Shown here piece by piece: positions 18,476-27,758 of a stretch of DNA of 64,000 bases (position 1 is its first letter; the number at the start of each line of letters is the position of its first letter). The notes beneath the pieces are model-generated. The model made no database searches. It saw nothing but the letters and a program-made list of their open reading frames with translations, and had not been told where the DNA came from. A program made the position numbers and the translations under genes. The DNA is from Lentilitoribacter sp. (GTDB lineage: Bacteria; Pseudomonadota; Alphaproteobacteria; Rhizobiales; Rhizobiaceae). The DNA is taken from positions 795,254 to 859,253 of the forward strand of contig OY829371.1 in NCBI GenBank assembly GCA_963691785.1, given 5' to 3'.

Positions 18476-20014
18476 ATGAAAAACAAACTTATCGGGTCGA
18501 TTTCGGCCATTACAATTCTTGCTACTGGTATATTATCGCCAACGCTTGCCTCAGCGAATGACTATACCAAATATGGTATCGACGCTGACTTGCCAGGTAC
18601 ATGTAACTATGCGGCGATTGATGCTAAAGACTATTCAGGAAAAACGCTTGACGTTATTACACATGCTATCCCTGTAATTGGAGAACCAACCGCCCTTCAT
18701 GCAGAGCAGTTTGCTGAACTCACAGGCGCAGAAGTGAATATTGTGCATGTACCATTTGGAGATTTATTTCAGCGGATCATGATTCCTTTCCAATCCGGGG
18801 AAAACGCCTATGACGTCCTATTTTATGCGTCACTTTGGATTGGTGACTTCAATCGGTTCTTAGCTCCTGTGCCAGAGGCTTATACTAGCTCTTCAGGAAT
18901 GTCAGATGTGACTGATAGTTTCAAAGGTGTGGCGACCTGGAACGGTCAGATGATACAATATCCCATGGATGGCGACCGCCATTATTTGAAATATCGTACG
19001 GATGTATTTGAAAATCCTGAGATGCAGGCCATGTTCAAGGAGGCAACAGGACGTGATTTATCAGTTCCTGCGACCTGGGAAGAATATAACGAAGTTGCGA
19101 AAGTCTTTTCTGGTTTTGACTGGGATGGTGATGGTGAAGATAACTTTGGCTCAGCTGAAGTCGCTAAACGCGATGATCTGATGTTCTCAGCTTTCATTAG
19201 TCGAGCAGCACCTTATGCCAAACATCCAGACGTTGGAGGTGGATTTTTCTTTGATATTGAAACGATGGAGCCACTAATTAACACACCTGGATTTGTGAAG
19301 GGTTTGGAATTGTTCGTCGAAGCGCAACAGTCTTTCCCCCCAGGTGGTACCAGCTTTGGTTTGGGTGATGAAATCTTCTCCTTTGGTGGTGGGCAGACGC
19401 TCATGAGCTACTCTTGGGACGATGCATTTATTCAAGCACAACAGGAAGATAGTCGAATTCGCAACGCCGTAGGCGCGGCCCCGTTGCCTGGTGCAAAAGA
19501 GGTCTGGAACCGGGAAACCGGTCAATGGGATAGTTTTGAAGAGCCAAACCGAGCACCTTACATGACGTGGGGTTGGTCCTCGGCAGTGTCTAAAGAATCC
19601 AAGAACCAAGAAATGGCATTTGATTTTCTTTGTTTCTTTTCGAATGAAGCTAATACGTTCCACGATCTACAAATCGGCCGTTTCGGTGTGAACCCTTATC
19701 GCGATAGCCATTTTGAAAGCGCATTCTGGCAGGGGTTAGGCTGGGATGCTGATGTGGCTGATAGTTATGTCACCACCCTGTCAGAAATGGAGCTTAGTGC
19801 GAACCGTGTTTACGATCTTCGTGTTCCAGGTGTTGGACAGTTTATGTCTTCAATGGCGAATGGGGTCGCAGAGGCTCTGGCCGGTCAGAAATCTGCCCAG
19901 GAAGCATTGGATGGTGTAGCCAAAGAATGGTCTGACATAGTTGATCGCATAGGTGCAGATAGACTTCGTGATGCGTATGCCAACGTGGTTAGACTTGAGG
20001 ACAATGAGGACTAA
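18476..20014 (+). CDS. CUT1-family ABC transporter solute-binding protein
   Basis: Signal peptide; YDVLFY, PMDGD..LKYRTD, TWEEY motifs. Confidence 0.85.
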   Translation: MKNKLIGSISAITILATGILSPTLASANDYTKYGIDADLPGTCNYAAIDAKDYSGKTLDVITHAIPVIGEPTALHAEQFAELTGAEVNIVHVPFGDLFQRIMIPFQSGENAYDVLFYASLWIGDFNRFLAPVPEAYTSSSGMSDVTDSFKGVATWNGQMIQYPMDGDRHYLKYRTDVFENPEMQAMFKEATGRDLSVPATWEEYNEVAKVFSGFDWDGDGEDNFGSAEVAKRDDLMFSAFISRAAPYAKHPDVGGGFFFDIETMEPLINTPGFVKGLELFVEAQQSFPPGGTSFGLGDEIFSFGGGQTLMSYSWDDAFIQAQQEDSRIRNAVGAAPLPGAKEVWNRETGQWDSFEEPNRAPYMTWGWSSAVSKESKNQEMAFDFLCFFSNEANTFHDLQIGRFGVNPYRDSHFESAFWQGLGWDADVADSYVTTLSEMELSANRVYDLRVPGVGQFMSSMANGVAEALAGQKSAQEALDGVAKEWSDIVDRIGADRLRDAYANVVRLEDNED

Positions 20015-20088
20015 CCACCTTTTCTTACTGTTTTGGGGGTGCTTCGTCATCCCCAACTAAAACCCATTTCAAAGAACTGGAATTTGAT

Positions 20089-20955
20089 ATGCTTAAGCCA
20101 AAGCACTTCTTTTTGCTACCTGCTTTAATTACGCTCGCAGCAATCATCCTTTTCCCGCTTATTTTTACCGTTCGTGTGAGCTTTTCAAGCTGGGATGTTT
20201 ATCAAGCAGGGTTGGATTTTATCGGTGGGCGCAACTACACGCGTCTTTTTGAGGATACTCGTTTTTGGGAAAGCCTAATACGCCTTTCCGGTATGAGCTT
20301 CATTACTGTCACACTCCAATACGTTCTTGGGTTTGCACTAGCTTTGGCGGTTTGGAAGAATTTACCCGGTGGTCGAGTTTTTCGCATATTATTTTTGGTT
20401 CCAATGATGACTACGCCGGTTGTCATGTCTGTCATCTGGCGTACTGTGTTTCACGAGAGTTTGGGCCCAGCAAATGACCTACTCTCAATGATTGGTATTG
20501 GACCTGTGCCCTGGCTTTCTTCCGCGACTGGAGCATTCATAAGCGTGGTAATCGTCGAAGTTTGGCAGTGGACACCATTCATGTTCTTGTTACTGTTAGC
20601 CGGTCTTGTTTCGTTACCAAAAGAGCCGTACTTGGCCGCCGCCATTGACGGAGCTTCGCCGACGCGTACCTTCTGGCAAGTTACGTTCCCATTGATGGCC
20701 CCTATTTCTATCGGCGCGATTATAATTCGATTGATAGAAGCCTCGAAGATTATGGATACTGTTTATGTGATGACTTCTGGTGGACCCGGAACAGCCACCG
20801 AAACCCCTTCTTATTACATCTACATCCGAGGGTTAAGAGATTTCCAAGTAGGGTATTCCGCTGCGTTATCGCTCGCTTACCTTGTTCTGATGATAATCAC
20901 GCTAACAATTATCGCAAAGTTACTAATGCGCTTTCTTGTCGGAAAGGACGACTAA
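20089..20955 (+). CDS. carbohydrate ABC transporter permease
   Basis: Multiple TM segments; EAA-type loop (AAAIDGA); GGPGTAT. Confidence 0.9.
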   Translation: MLKPKHFFLLPALITLAAIILFPLIFTVRVSFSSWDVYQAGLDFIGGRNYTRLFEDTRFWESLIRLSGMSFITVTLQYVLGFALALAVWKNLPGGRVFRILFLVPMMTTPVVMSVIWRTVFHESLGPANDLLSMIGIGPVPWLSSATGAFISVVIVEVWQWTPFMFLLLLAGLVSLPKEPYLAAAIDGASPTRTFWQVTFPLMAPISIGAIIIRLIEASKIMDTVYVMTSGGPGTATETPSYYIYIRGLRDFQVGYSAALSLAYLVLMIITLTIIAKLLMRFLVGKDD

Positions 20956-20956
20956 T

Positions 20957-21802
20957 ATGGGACGCTCGTACAACATCATCAAATACTGTTGCCTAATGGT
21001 TTGGACCATATTTGTGGTTTTCCCCTTCCTATGGGCGCTGAGTACTTCATTCAAAGATGCAAATGCGGTCACCAGTGGCGCGCGCTACATTCCATGGATT
21101 GAATTTGAACCATCGGTCCAAGGATGGACATCACTGTTCGCTTCAGGGAGTCAAGGGATAAATATCGTAACGCCGTTCCTAAATTCGGCATCCGTAACCT
21201 TGCTAGCAAGCATTATAAGTCTTGGGCTTGGAACCCTAGCAGCATATGGCCTAAGCCGTTTTTCGTACAAAGTGGGCTTTGTTAAGAATTCCGATATTAC
21301 TTTTTTCTTTATTTCACAGCGCATTATGCCTCCAATTGTTTTGGCTATTCCATTCTTTCTTATGCTCAAAGAGATTCATTCCCTGGATACAATTTTGGGC
21401 CTGGTCATCGTCTATGTCGCTCTTCTTCTCCCGATTGCGGTGTGGGTGATGACCGATTTTTTTGCATCGATCCCAAAAGAACTAGACGAAATGGCGATGA
21501 TAGACGGGTGCACACCGATTGGAGCCTTTTTCAGAGTTGTCCTACCAAATTCAACAGCTGGCCTTATCGTCGCGGGGATGTTTTGTCTGATCTTTGGGTG
21601 GAATGACTTCTTTTTTGCTTTCATTCTTACTTTCACCGAAACGCAGCTTTTGCCGGTTGCAATTGTTTCCCTCAATTCATCTGTGACGCCGTGGTGGTCT
21701 TTGTCAGCATTCGCATTGATCTCCGTTACTCCGCTCGCATTAATCGCAATTGTAGTTGAACGTTTCATGTCACGAGGCTCTCTTGCAAGAGGATTCAGTT
21801 AA
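20957..21802 (+). CDS. carbohydrate ABC transporter permease
   Basis: TM segments; ELDEMAMIDGC; WNDFFFA. Confidence 0.9.
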   Translation: MGRSYNIIKYCCLMVWTIFVVFPFLWALSTSFKDANAVTSGARYIPWIEFEPSVQGWTSLFASGSQGINIVTPFLNSASVTLLASIISLGLGTLAAYGLSRFSYKVGFVKNSDITFFFISQRIMPPIVLAIPFFLMLKEIHSLDTILGLVIVYVALLLPIAVWVMTDFFASIPKELDEMAMIDGCTPIGAFFRVVLPNSTAGLIVAGMFCLIFGWNDFFFAFILTFTETQLLPVAIVSLNSSVTPWWSLSAFALISVTPLALIAIVVERFMSRGSLARGFS

Positions 21803-21806
21803 CGTC

Positions 21807-22853
21807 ATGCTTGTCTTAAAAAATCTATCAACAGTGGACCGCAAGCGTTCATTATCTAATTTGAATGTCGAACTAGAGAGCGGCAAGATTTACACTATTC
21901 TTGGTCGCACTGGCGCGGGGAAAACCGAACTTCTACGGACTTTAATGGGTCTGGATATGATTGCAAATGGCAGTCTGGAACTGGACGGTCAGGATCTTGC
22001 AAAATTGCCTGTTCGCAAGCGGGAAATGAGTATGGTTTACCAGCAATTCATTAACTACCCGCACCTCAGCGTGTTACAAAATGTGGCGTTTCCGTTGCGA
22101 CGTCAAGGACATTCGGTTGAAGGGGCTAATGAACGCGCGATATCTGCATTAACTCTTGTTGGGCTTTCTGGATTTGAAGATCGTATGCCACGCGAACTTT
22201 CTGGCGGTCAGCAGCAACGTGTTGCAATCGCCCGTGCCATTGTAAAAAAAGCTCGTATTCTATTGATGGACGAACCACTGGCCAATTTGGATTACAAACT
22301 TCGCGAAAAATTACGCGAAGAATTTCCACGACTTTTGGCAGAGAATACTGACGGGATTATCATTTATACGACAACTGAACCTGCGGAAGCCATGCAGCTC
22401 GGTGATGAGATGATCGTTATGCATGAAGGGCAAATCCTAACCAAAGGCGCTCCAGAAGAGATCTTTGAAGTACCTGCATCCGTTGAAGTTGCAAAGCTTA
22501 TTAGCGATCCGCCTGTATCCATTGTGAAGGGCGAGTTTGTGGACGGGCAGCTTGTTCTTGGAAAAAAGACCATACAATTTAGTGGGGAACCAGAAATAAC
22601 CCTGAATGGCACCATCCAAGTTGGCATCCGACCAGACGCTCTATCAGTCGGAGGAGACACGGTAGCGGAAGTAATATTATCCGAATTTTCTGGTTCCGAC
22701 ACAATTGTGCATCTGTCCCTGGAATTTGGTCCGGCGGTAATGCTTGTAGAGGGTATTCACGAATTCAAACCAGATCAGTCCATATCTGTATCGCTCGATA
22801 CATCCCGTCTGTTGCTGTTCACAGCAGACGGCAAAAATATTACAGAAAGATGA
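21807..22853 (+). CDS. ABC ATP-binding subunit, GlpS-like
   Basis: GRTGAGKT, MVYQQFINYP, LSGGQQQR, MDEPLANLDYKLRE. Confidence 0.88.
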   Translation: MLVLKNLSTVDRKRSLSNLNVELESGKIYTILGRTGAGKTELLRTLMGLDMIANGSLELDGQDLAKLPVRKREMSMVYQQFINYPHLSVLQNVAFPLRRQGHSVEGANERAISALTLVGLSGFEDRMPRELSGGQQQRVAIARAIVKKARILLMDEPLANLDYKLREKLREEFPRLLAENTDGIIIYTTTEPAEAMQLGDEMIVMHEGQILTKGAPEEIFEVPASVEVAKLISDPPVSIVKGEFVDGQLVLGKKTIQFSGEPEITLNGTIQVGIRPDALSVGGDTVAEVILSEFSGSDTIVHLSLEFGPAVMLVEGIHEFKPDQSISVSLDTSRLLLFTADGKNITER

Positions 22854-22857
22854 TGTC

Positions 22858-23931
22858 ATGGCAGAAATAGCTCTAAAAAATTTGGGTCATAGTTACTTTG
22901 CCAATCCAAAATCGGAAGAATACTATGCGCTAAAACCGGTGGACTTAGTTTGGGAGGATGGAAAGACCTATGCCTTGTTGGGCCCTTCAGGTTGTGGAAA
23001 GACCACTATGTTAAATACCATTTCCGGCTTGTTGCATCCATCGCATGGGCAGCTTTTGTTTGATGGTCGGGACGTAACCCAAACAAGTACAGCAGAACGA
23101 AACATTGCTCAGGTGTTTCAGTTTCCGGTAATTTATACTACTAAAACTGTTCGAGGGAATTTGTCGTTTCCCCTCGAATGCCGTAACTGGGATCCGAAAG
23201 ATATAGGTAAACGCGTTGCTGAAGTGTCCAAATTGTTGGAACTTGACGATATTCTAGATTTGCCAGCCCGTCGATTAACTGCTGACCAGAAACAATTGAT
23301 TTCATTAGGGCGAGGTTTGGTTAGAGATGATGTAAGTGCAGTTCTGCTAGATGAACCACTGACTGTGATTGATCCACAAATGAAATTTTCTTTGCGCCGA
23401 AAATTGCGTGAAATAAACCGGCAAACCGGCATAACCATGATTTTGGTTACCCATGATCAAAGTGAAGCCATGTCTTTCGCGGATGAAGTTGTAGTCATGA
23501 AGGATGGTCGAGTGCAACAATCGGGACGCCCCGAACAGTTATTCGAACGTCCAGAGAATACCTTCGTTGGTTATTTTATCGGATCACCGCCGATAAATCT
23601 GTTTAACGTTGATGTTCGGAATGATAGTTTGGTATGCCCGGCACTTGATCTGTCAGATATTCCACGCGGACAATTGCAGCCCGGTTCGTTGCAAATAGGC
23701 GTCCGCCCCGAACACCTCAGTTTTTCTGATCCGACCGATGACGGCGCTCTTGCAACCGTAGAAGCGTGTGAAGATCTTGGGATAGACAAAATTCTGAGCC
23801 TTCGGGCGGCCAATGGTGAATCCTTTAAAGTAAAGTCCCGTGCACGTCAGAAGATTGATATAGGTCGGAAACTTGCAATTTCAGTTGCGGCGAAGGATGT
23901 GTTGGTGTTTCAAGATGGTAAGCTTGCATAG
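22858..23931 (+). CDS. ABC ATP-binding subunit, GlpT-like
   Basis: GPSGCGKT, AQVFQFPVIY, degenerate signature LTADQKQLISLGRGLV. Confidence 0.88.
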   Translation: MAEIALKNLGHSYFANPKSEEYYALKPVDLVWEDGKTYALLGPSGCGKTTMLNTISGLLHPSHGQLLFDGRDVTQTSTAERNIAQVFQFPVIYTTKTVRGNLSFPLECRNWDPKDIGKRVAEVSKLLELDDILDLPARRLTADQKQLISLGRGLVRDDVSAVLLDEPLTVIDPQMKFSLRRKLREINRQTGITMILVTHDQSEAMSFADEVVVMKDGRVQQSGRPEQLFERPENTFVGYFIGSPPINLFNVDVRNDSLVCPALDLSDIPRGQLQPGSLQIGVRPEHLSFSDPTDDGALATVEACEDLGIDKILSLRAANGESFKVKSRARQKIDIGRKLAISVAAKDVLVFQDGKLA

Positions 23932-24418
23932 GTAATGGATTTATTCCTACTCAATTTTCGGAGGAATTACGGTTGCTAAGCTCAAAGTTCGGCTATTGGA
24001 TTTGAACTTGATATAGATCTACTCGCATTTGAATTGAACAAAATTCCGATGTATTGCGATATCATTAGATTGCATTGGCTTCCTTTAACTACTTTGTAGT
24101 AAAACAGGTCCGGGCCATATCCAATCAATCCACAACAGCAGTTGAAGACTGTTTTTGATCAGGTTTGAGAACTGTCCCGCTAATATAATCCTGTTGGGCT
24201 CAGAATTTTACGGATAAGATAAAGCTGTCAATGCGTTCTTTATCTGCCATCGTCGTGCCAAAATTTTCATTAAGAAGTCAATAGTTTAGGAACTACTTAT
24301 TCCGTTCAGGCCCGCTACCTCCCATTCTTAGACACTAGATTGATGGTTGTTCAGCTTTCAATTTCAGAAAAGGTCAGGCGCTTGTTTGGTCGCGAAGTTG
24401 TGACAGAAACGGATATTC

Positions 24419-24850
24419 TCAAATACCGCTATAATTGATTAGCTCAATTTCAAGTTCACGGATTCGCTGTTTTACACTATCGCTCAAAAGGGTCTCTAAA
24501 CAGCTTTTACGGTCCGCTGTGACATCTTCATACCCGTTGTGACTAGTCGCATCCAGCTCACATGATGGTGTCGCGGGATGATCGATGAATATATATGTTC
24601 CTTCTTTCAGTTCCGTTATCTGTTTCATAAACGCTTGGATACGAAATTCGGATTGTCTTGGCTCTTTTGGGTAGCCGTGAATACGTTTTAGGCCATAACC
24701 AAATGCGTCATCTGCCAAATCAAATTCCTCACAAAGGTCTGCTATAATTTCACCTAAGCTCGAATCAAAATCTTTAAAATGCTTAATCATATGAGAACTA
24801 ATATGAGTGTAAGCCATCAACGCCTAATGGACAGATGTTTTGATTTCTTA
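24419..24850 (-). pseudogene. C-terminal remnant of a YdjC/ChbG-type carbohydrate deacetylase
   Basis: THISSHM, GTYIFIDHPA, EDVTADR...IELINY motifs; in-frame stops upstream and the 5' half is missing next to the IS. Confidence 0.6.
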
Positions 24851-24935
24851 AGAGAGTGATTTAGGCTCATCATAGCCCTTATGGAGCGAATGATGAGACG
24901 AAAGCCCTCTCGGCGGTGAAACCGCCTGTCAGGTA

Positions 24936-25301
24936 ATAAACGAGCGCCGTACTGATGATGCAGATCGTGTAGTTAAGGATATACGGCGACAAACACGACG
25001 CAAATATTCCTCAGAAGATAAGATACGGATTGTATTAGCTGGCCTTCGTGGTGAAGACAGCATTGCGGAATTGTGTCGACAAGTGGGTATAGCCCAGAGC
25101 CAATATTATTCATGGTCCAAGGGGTTTCTGGAAGCTGGTAAGAAGCGATTGGCTGGTGACACCGCCAGAGAGGCAAATACTGGTGAGGTAAAGAACCTTC
25201 GCAAAGAGGCTCGTGATTTAAAGGAAGTGGTTGTTGAGCAGGCTCTGGAATTGCGCTTACTCAAAAAAAGCATGTACGAAGATGGGGGAGACGACGAATG
25301 A
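24936..25301 (+). CDS. IS3 OrfA (HTH); no canonical start codon found in frame
   Basis: ...DADRVVKDIRRQTRRKYSSEDKIRIVLAGLRGEDSIAELCR...LRLLKKS; the position where Met is expected reads ATA (24936). Confidence 0.7.
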   Translation: MNERRTDDADRVVKDIRRQTRRKYSSEDKIRIVLAGLRGEDSIAELCRQVGIAQSQYYSWSKGFLEAGKKRLAGDTAREANTGEVKNLRKEARDLKEVVVEQALELRLLKKSMYEDGGDDE

Positions 25302-26278
25302 GGTACCCCGCATCTGAAAAGCTTGAGATCATTAAGTTGGTTGAACAATCACATCTGTCTGCCAAGCAAACACTGGAAAAGCTGGGTATTCCACGATCCA
25401 CTTTTTACCGCTGGTATGATTTGTATCAAACTGGCGGCGTGGATGCTTTGGAAGATAAAGCCCCAATGCCAGCACGGGTATGGAACCGTATCCCTGATGA
25501 TATCCGTGAGCAAATTGTTGATTTAGCACTGAATGAGCCAGAGCTTTCGCCTCGTGAGCTGGCGGTCAGATTTACAGATCAACAGCAATACTTCGTGTCA
25601 GAAGCCAGCGTTTACAGGCTGCTTAAATCACATGACCTGATCACCAGCCCAGCATATATTGTTATGAAGGCTGCTGACGAGTTCCGTGATAAGACAACAG
25701 CACCCAATCAGCTTTGGCAAACAGACTTCACGTACCTCAAAATCATCGGCTGGGGTTGGTTCTATCTATCAACGGTGCTGGATGATTATTCCAGATATAT
25801 CATCGCTCATAAGTTCACACCGACCATGGCAACCAAGGATGTGACAGATACATTGGATTTAGCTTTGCAGGCTTCTGGCCGCGATCAAACAAAGGTCATT
25901 CACAAGCCACGACTTCTCTCAGATAACGGGCCTAGTTATGTCTCGACAGAGTTGGCAGAATATCTTGATGCCAATGGCATGGCTCACACCAGAGGTGCAC
26001 CATATCACCCTCAGACACAGGGCAAGATTGAGCGTTGGCACCAAACGCTGAAGAACCGCATCCTGTTAGAAAATTACTTCATACCTGGTGATCTAGAACG
26101 ACAAATCGAGGCTTTCATCGAACATTATAATTACAATCGGTATCATGAAAGTTTCAGCAATCTAACGCCTGCAGATGTTTACTTCGGGCGAGGAAAACAA
26201 ATCTTACAACAAAGAGAAAGGATCAAACAAAAGACTATTGAACAGCGACGCTTGCAAAACAAAAGACAAGCCGCATAA
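25298..26278 (+). CDS. IS3 OrfB DDE transposase
   Basis: WQTDFTY, LSDNGPSY, QGKIERWH (D-D-E). Confidence 0.93.
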   Translation: MRYPASEKLEIIKLVEQSHLSAKQTLEKLGIPRSTFYRWYDLYQTGGVDALEDKAPMPARVWNRIPDDIREQIVDLALNEPELSPRELAVRFTDQQQYFVSEASVYRLLKSHDLITSPAYIVMKAADEFRDKTTAPNQLWQTDFTYLKIIGWGWFYLSTVLDDYSRYIIAHKFTPTMATKDVTDTLDLALQASGRDQTKVIHKPRLLSDNGPSYVSTELAEYLDANGMAHTRGAPYHPQTQGKIERWHQTLKNRILLENYFIPGDLERQIEAFIEHYNYNRYHESFSNLTPADVYFGRGKQILQQRERIKQKTIEQRRLQNKRQAA

Positions 26279-26529
26279 TTAAACAAACAGATGAGCCAAA
26301 CTCTCCTCTAACCAATCAGCCAACTAGTCTCAAATCATATGATGACGGACACACTTTGCCTTCGGTAGTTATCTCTGCTGCACCGATGGCATTCATCTGA
26401 TTAAACCTGGCACTCTTTACTTTGCGAATGTGAAAAGAGCTTCCTTAAAAGATGGGCTGGAGAAATGAGAAAGATCAACAATGTATTAAAGTGGCGGCAC
26501 ATTACGGATGAAACCATGGGGTCACACTC

Positions 26530-26706
26530 ATGCTAATAGGTATTATCTTCGTCGTTAGTGTGATTTTCTTCTTTCTCACATTCCGCTTCGTTGGGTCTTT
26601 CATACGACCAACTTTAATCTTCCTATTCCATGGAAATCAATATGCGGTCCTCGCAGTTTTCTTCTTGGGATTCGGAGCTTGGGTCGTGTATAACTTGATG
26701 CAATGA
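26530..26706 (+). CDS. small hypothetical membrane protein (58 aa), not in the ORF track
   Basis: MLIGIIFVVSVIFFFLTFRFVGSFIRPTLIFLFHGNQYAVLAVFFLGFGAWVVYNLMQ; two hydrophobic segments. Confidence 0.45.
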   Translation: MLIGIIFVVSVIFFFLTFRFVGSFIRPTLIFLFHGNQYAVLAVFFLGFGAWVVYNLMQ

Positions 26707-26721
26707 AACAGGCGTAGTCTC

Positions 26722-27521
26722 GGTGGACATCTTTATCTCAAAGAGGTCCGCCAAAACGGCATGGAATAACAACATTCGTGTAACACGAAACTCCATTTTT
26801 CAATTCAGTGAGAATATTTCTAAGAAGCCCACAGAAGCCTGGCTATCGTTAGAATCTAGTCCGCTGCCAAATGTTAAGCGGACATTAATTGGAGTTTCGA
26901 CTGACTCTGTTTTTGGCCCTAAGCAGACTTTCGCCATATCTACCAACTTGTTGATGCCGAATGCTCGTGATAGGGTTCTGCGATGAAGTCGATCAAAATC
27001 CGACAGGCAACCGTTGACGATAAAGTTTTGCTCGGTGGGCTGATCAAGCACACAATCCGCGTTTCAAACTCCAGAGACTACGACCAAAGGTCAATCGATA
27101 TGCTGTGCGCGATATTTGAGCCGGAGCCTCTCGCCAAAAGAATTAAAAATGAGCTTATTCTTTTGTGTTTCGTTGGTGCTGCTCTTGTTGGAACGGTGGG
27201 GCTGAGAGAAGAATATCTGCGTTCGATGTTCGTCGAGCCTGCATATCAGGGGCAAGGGTTTGGCAAAGTACTGGTTGCAAGAATTGAAGAAGAAGCGCGA
27301 AAAAAAGAGATACCAGAAATTATGGTTCATTCCTCGCTAACAGCGCGAAAGTTTTATGCGGCCCTCGGCTATGAATTTGTGGAATTGCAATCACACCCTG
27401 AGGGACCATTCATCTTAATGAGAAAGCCGCTCCAATAACAGCTTTTGGCACCTTTCTGCATTCGGGTGACTAGCCGCTGATATCCGTTAATAGGTTCAAA
27501 GCAGACATTCGTGTAACACGA
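26722..27521. repeat. family of short imperfect hairpins (TCYGYT...AAGCRGAC) and a 17-bp direct repeat around the GNAT gene
   Basis: Hairpins at 26722-26752, 26859-26883, 26906-26927 and 27481-27509; ACATTCGTGTAACACGA at 26772-26788 and 27505-27521. Confidence 0.55.
26983..27438 (+). CDS. GNAT family N-acetyltransferase
   Basis: MFVEPAYQGQGFGKVL acetyl-CoA motif; ARKFYAALGY. Confidence 0.88.
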   Translation: MKSIKIRQATVDDKVLLGGLIKHTIRVSNSRDYDQRSIDMLCAIFEPEPLAKRIKNELILLCFVGAALVGTVGLREEYLRSMFVEPAYQGQGFGKVLVARIEEEARKKEIPEIMVHSSLTARKFYAALGYEFVELQSHPEGPFILMRKPLQ

Positions 27522-27592
27522 CACCCGATTTCGGAGTATCCTTTGATGGTCGAAAATGAGTCTAAAGTAGTCAAAAATAGCAGAATTTATTT

Positions 27593-27611
27593 TAGCACAA
27601 AAATAGCACAG
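27593..27611 (+). repeat. tandem TAGCACAR repeats (putative arm-type sites), right end
   Basis: TAGCACAA-AAA-TAGCACAG, same orientation and 11-bp period as the left-end pairs. Confidence 0.65.
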
Positions 27612-27658
27612 TAAACTTAAATAATTGATATTAATAGTTTTAATAATAATAATATTAA

Positions 27659-27703
27659 CTCCGAAGGCAGAGGTCGCAGATTCGAATTCTGCCGGGTGCG
27701 CCA
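27659..27703 (+). other. distal att site: 3' half of tRNA-Arg(CCG)
   Basis: 45 nt colinear with tRNA 12665-12709: first 15 nt identical, 7 mismatches in total, ends in CCA. Confidence 0.92.
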
Positions 27704-27758
27704 GTCTTTTCAAACGGTCTTTTTGCCTCAGATGCACTTTCATGCACCCTGGGCATAA

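Larger units (their letters stand above)
24861..26351 (+). mobile_element. IS3-family insertion sequence; right end intact, left end degenerate
   Basis: orfA/orfB with an A7G slippery site (25263-25270). The right terminus reads ...TCAAATCATATGATGACGGACA; only a partial match (TCATCATA) is found at the left. Confidence 0.85.

Noticed and set aside
23932-24418. Possible gene in the AT-rich stretch after the ABC operon
   Set aside because: All frames are interrupted by stops and no family motif was recognised; probably decayed sequence
24880-24965. GC-rich hairpin patch (GGCGG-TGAAA-CCGCC, CTGATGA, GAAA) as a hammerhead, riboswitch or group II intron piece
   Set aside because: The conserved motifs are not in the order or stem context needed; the patch is explained as the IS3 leader upstream of orfA
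26723-27051. Tracked ORFs 26723..26986 (+) and 26800..27051 (-)
   Set aside because: They run through the hairpin repeats and overlap the GNAT gene, lack RBSs and have no recognisable motifs
12773-27611. CRISPR or iteron interpretation of the short repeats
   Set aside because: The repeats are 8-mers in pairs without unique 30-40 nt spacers, and there are no cas or rep genes
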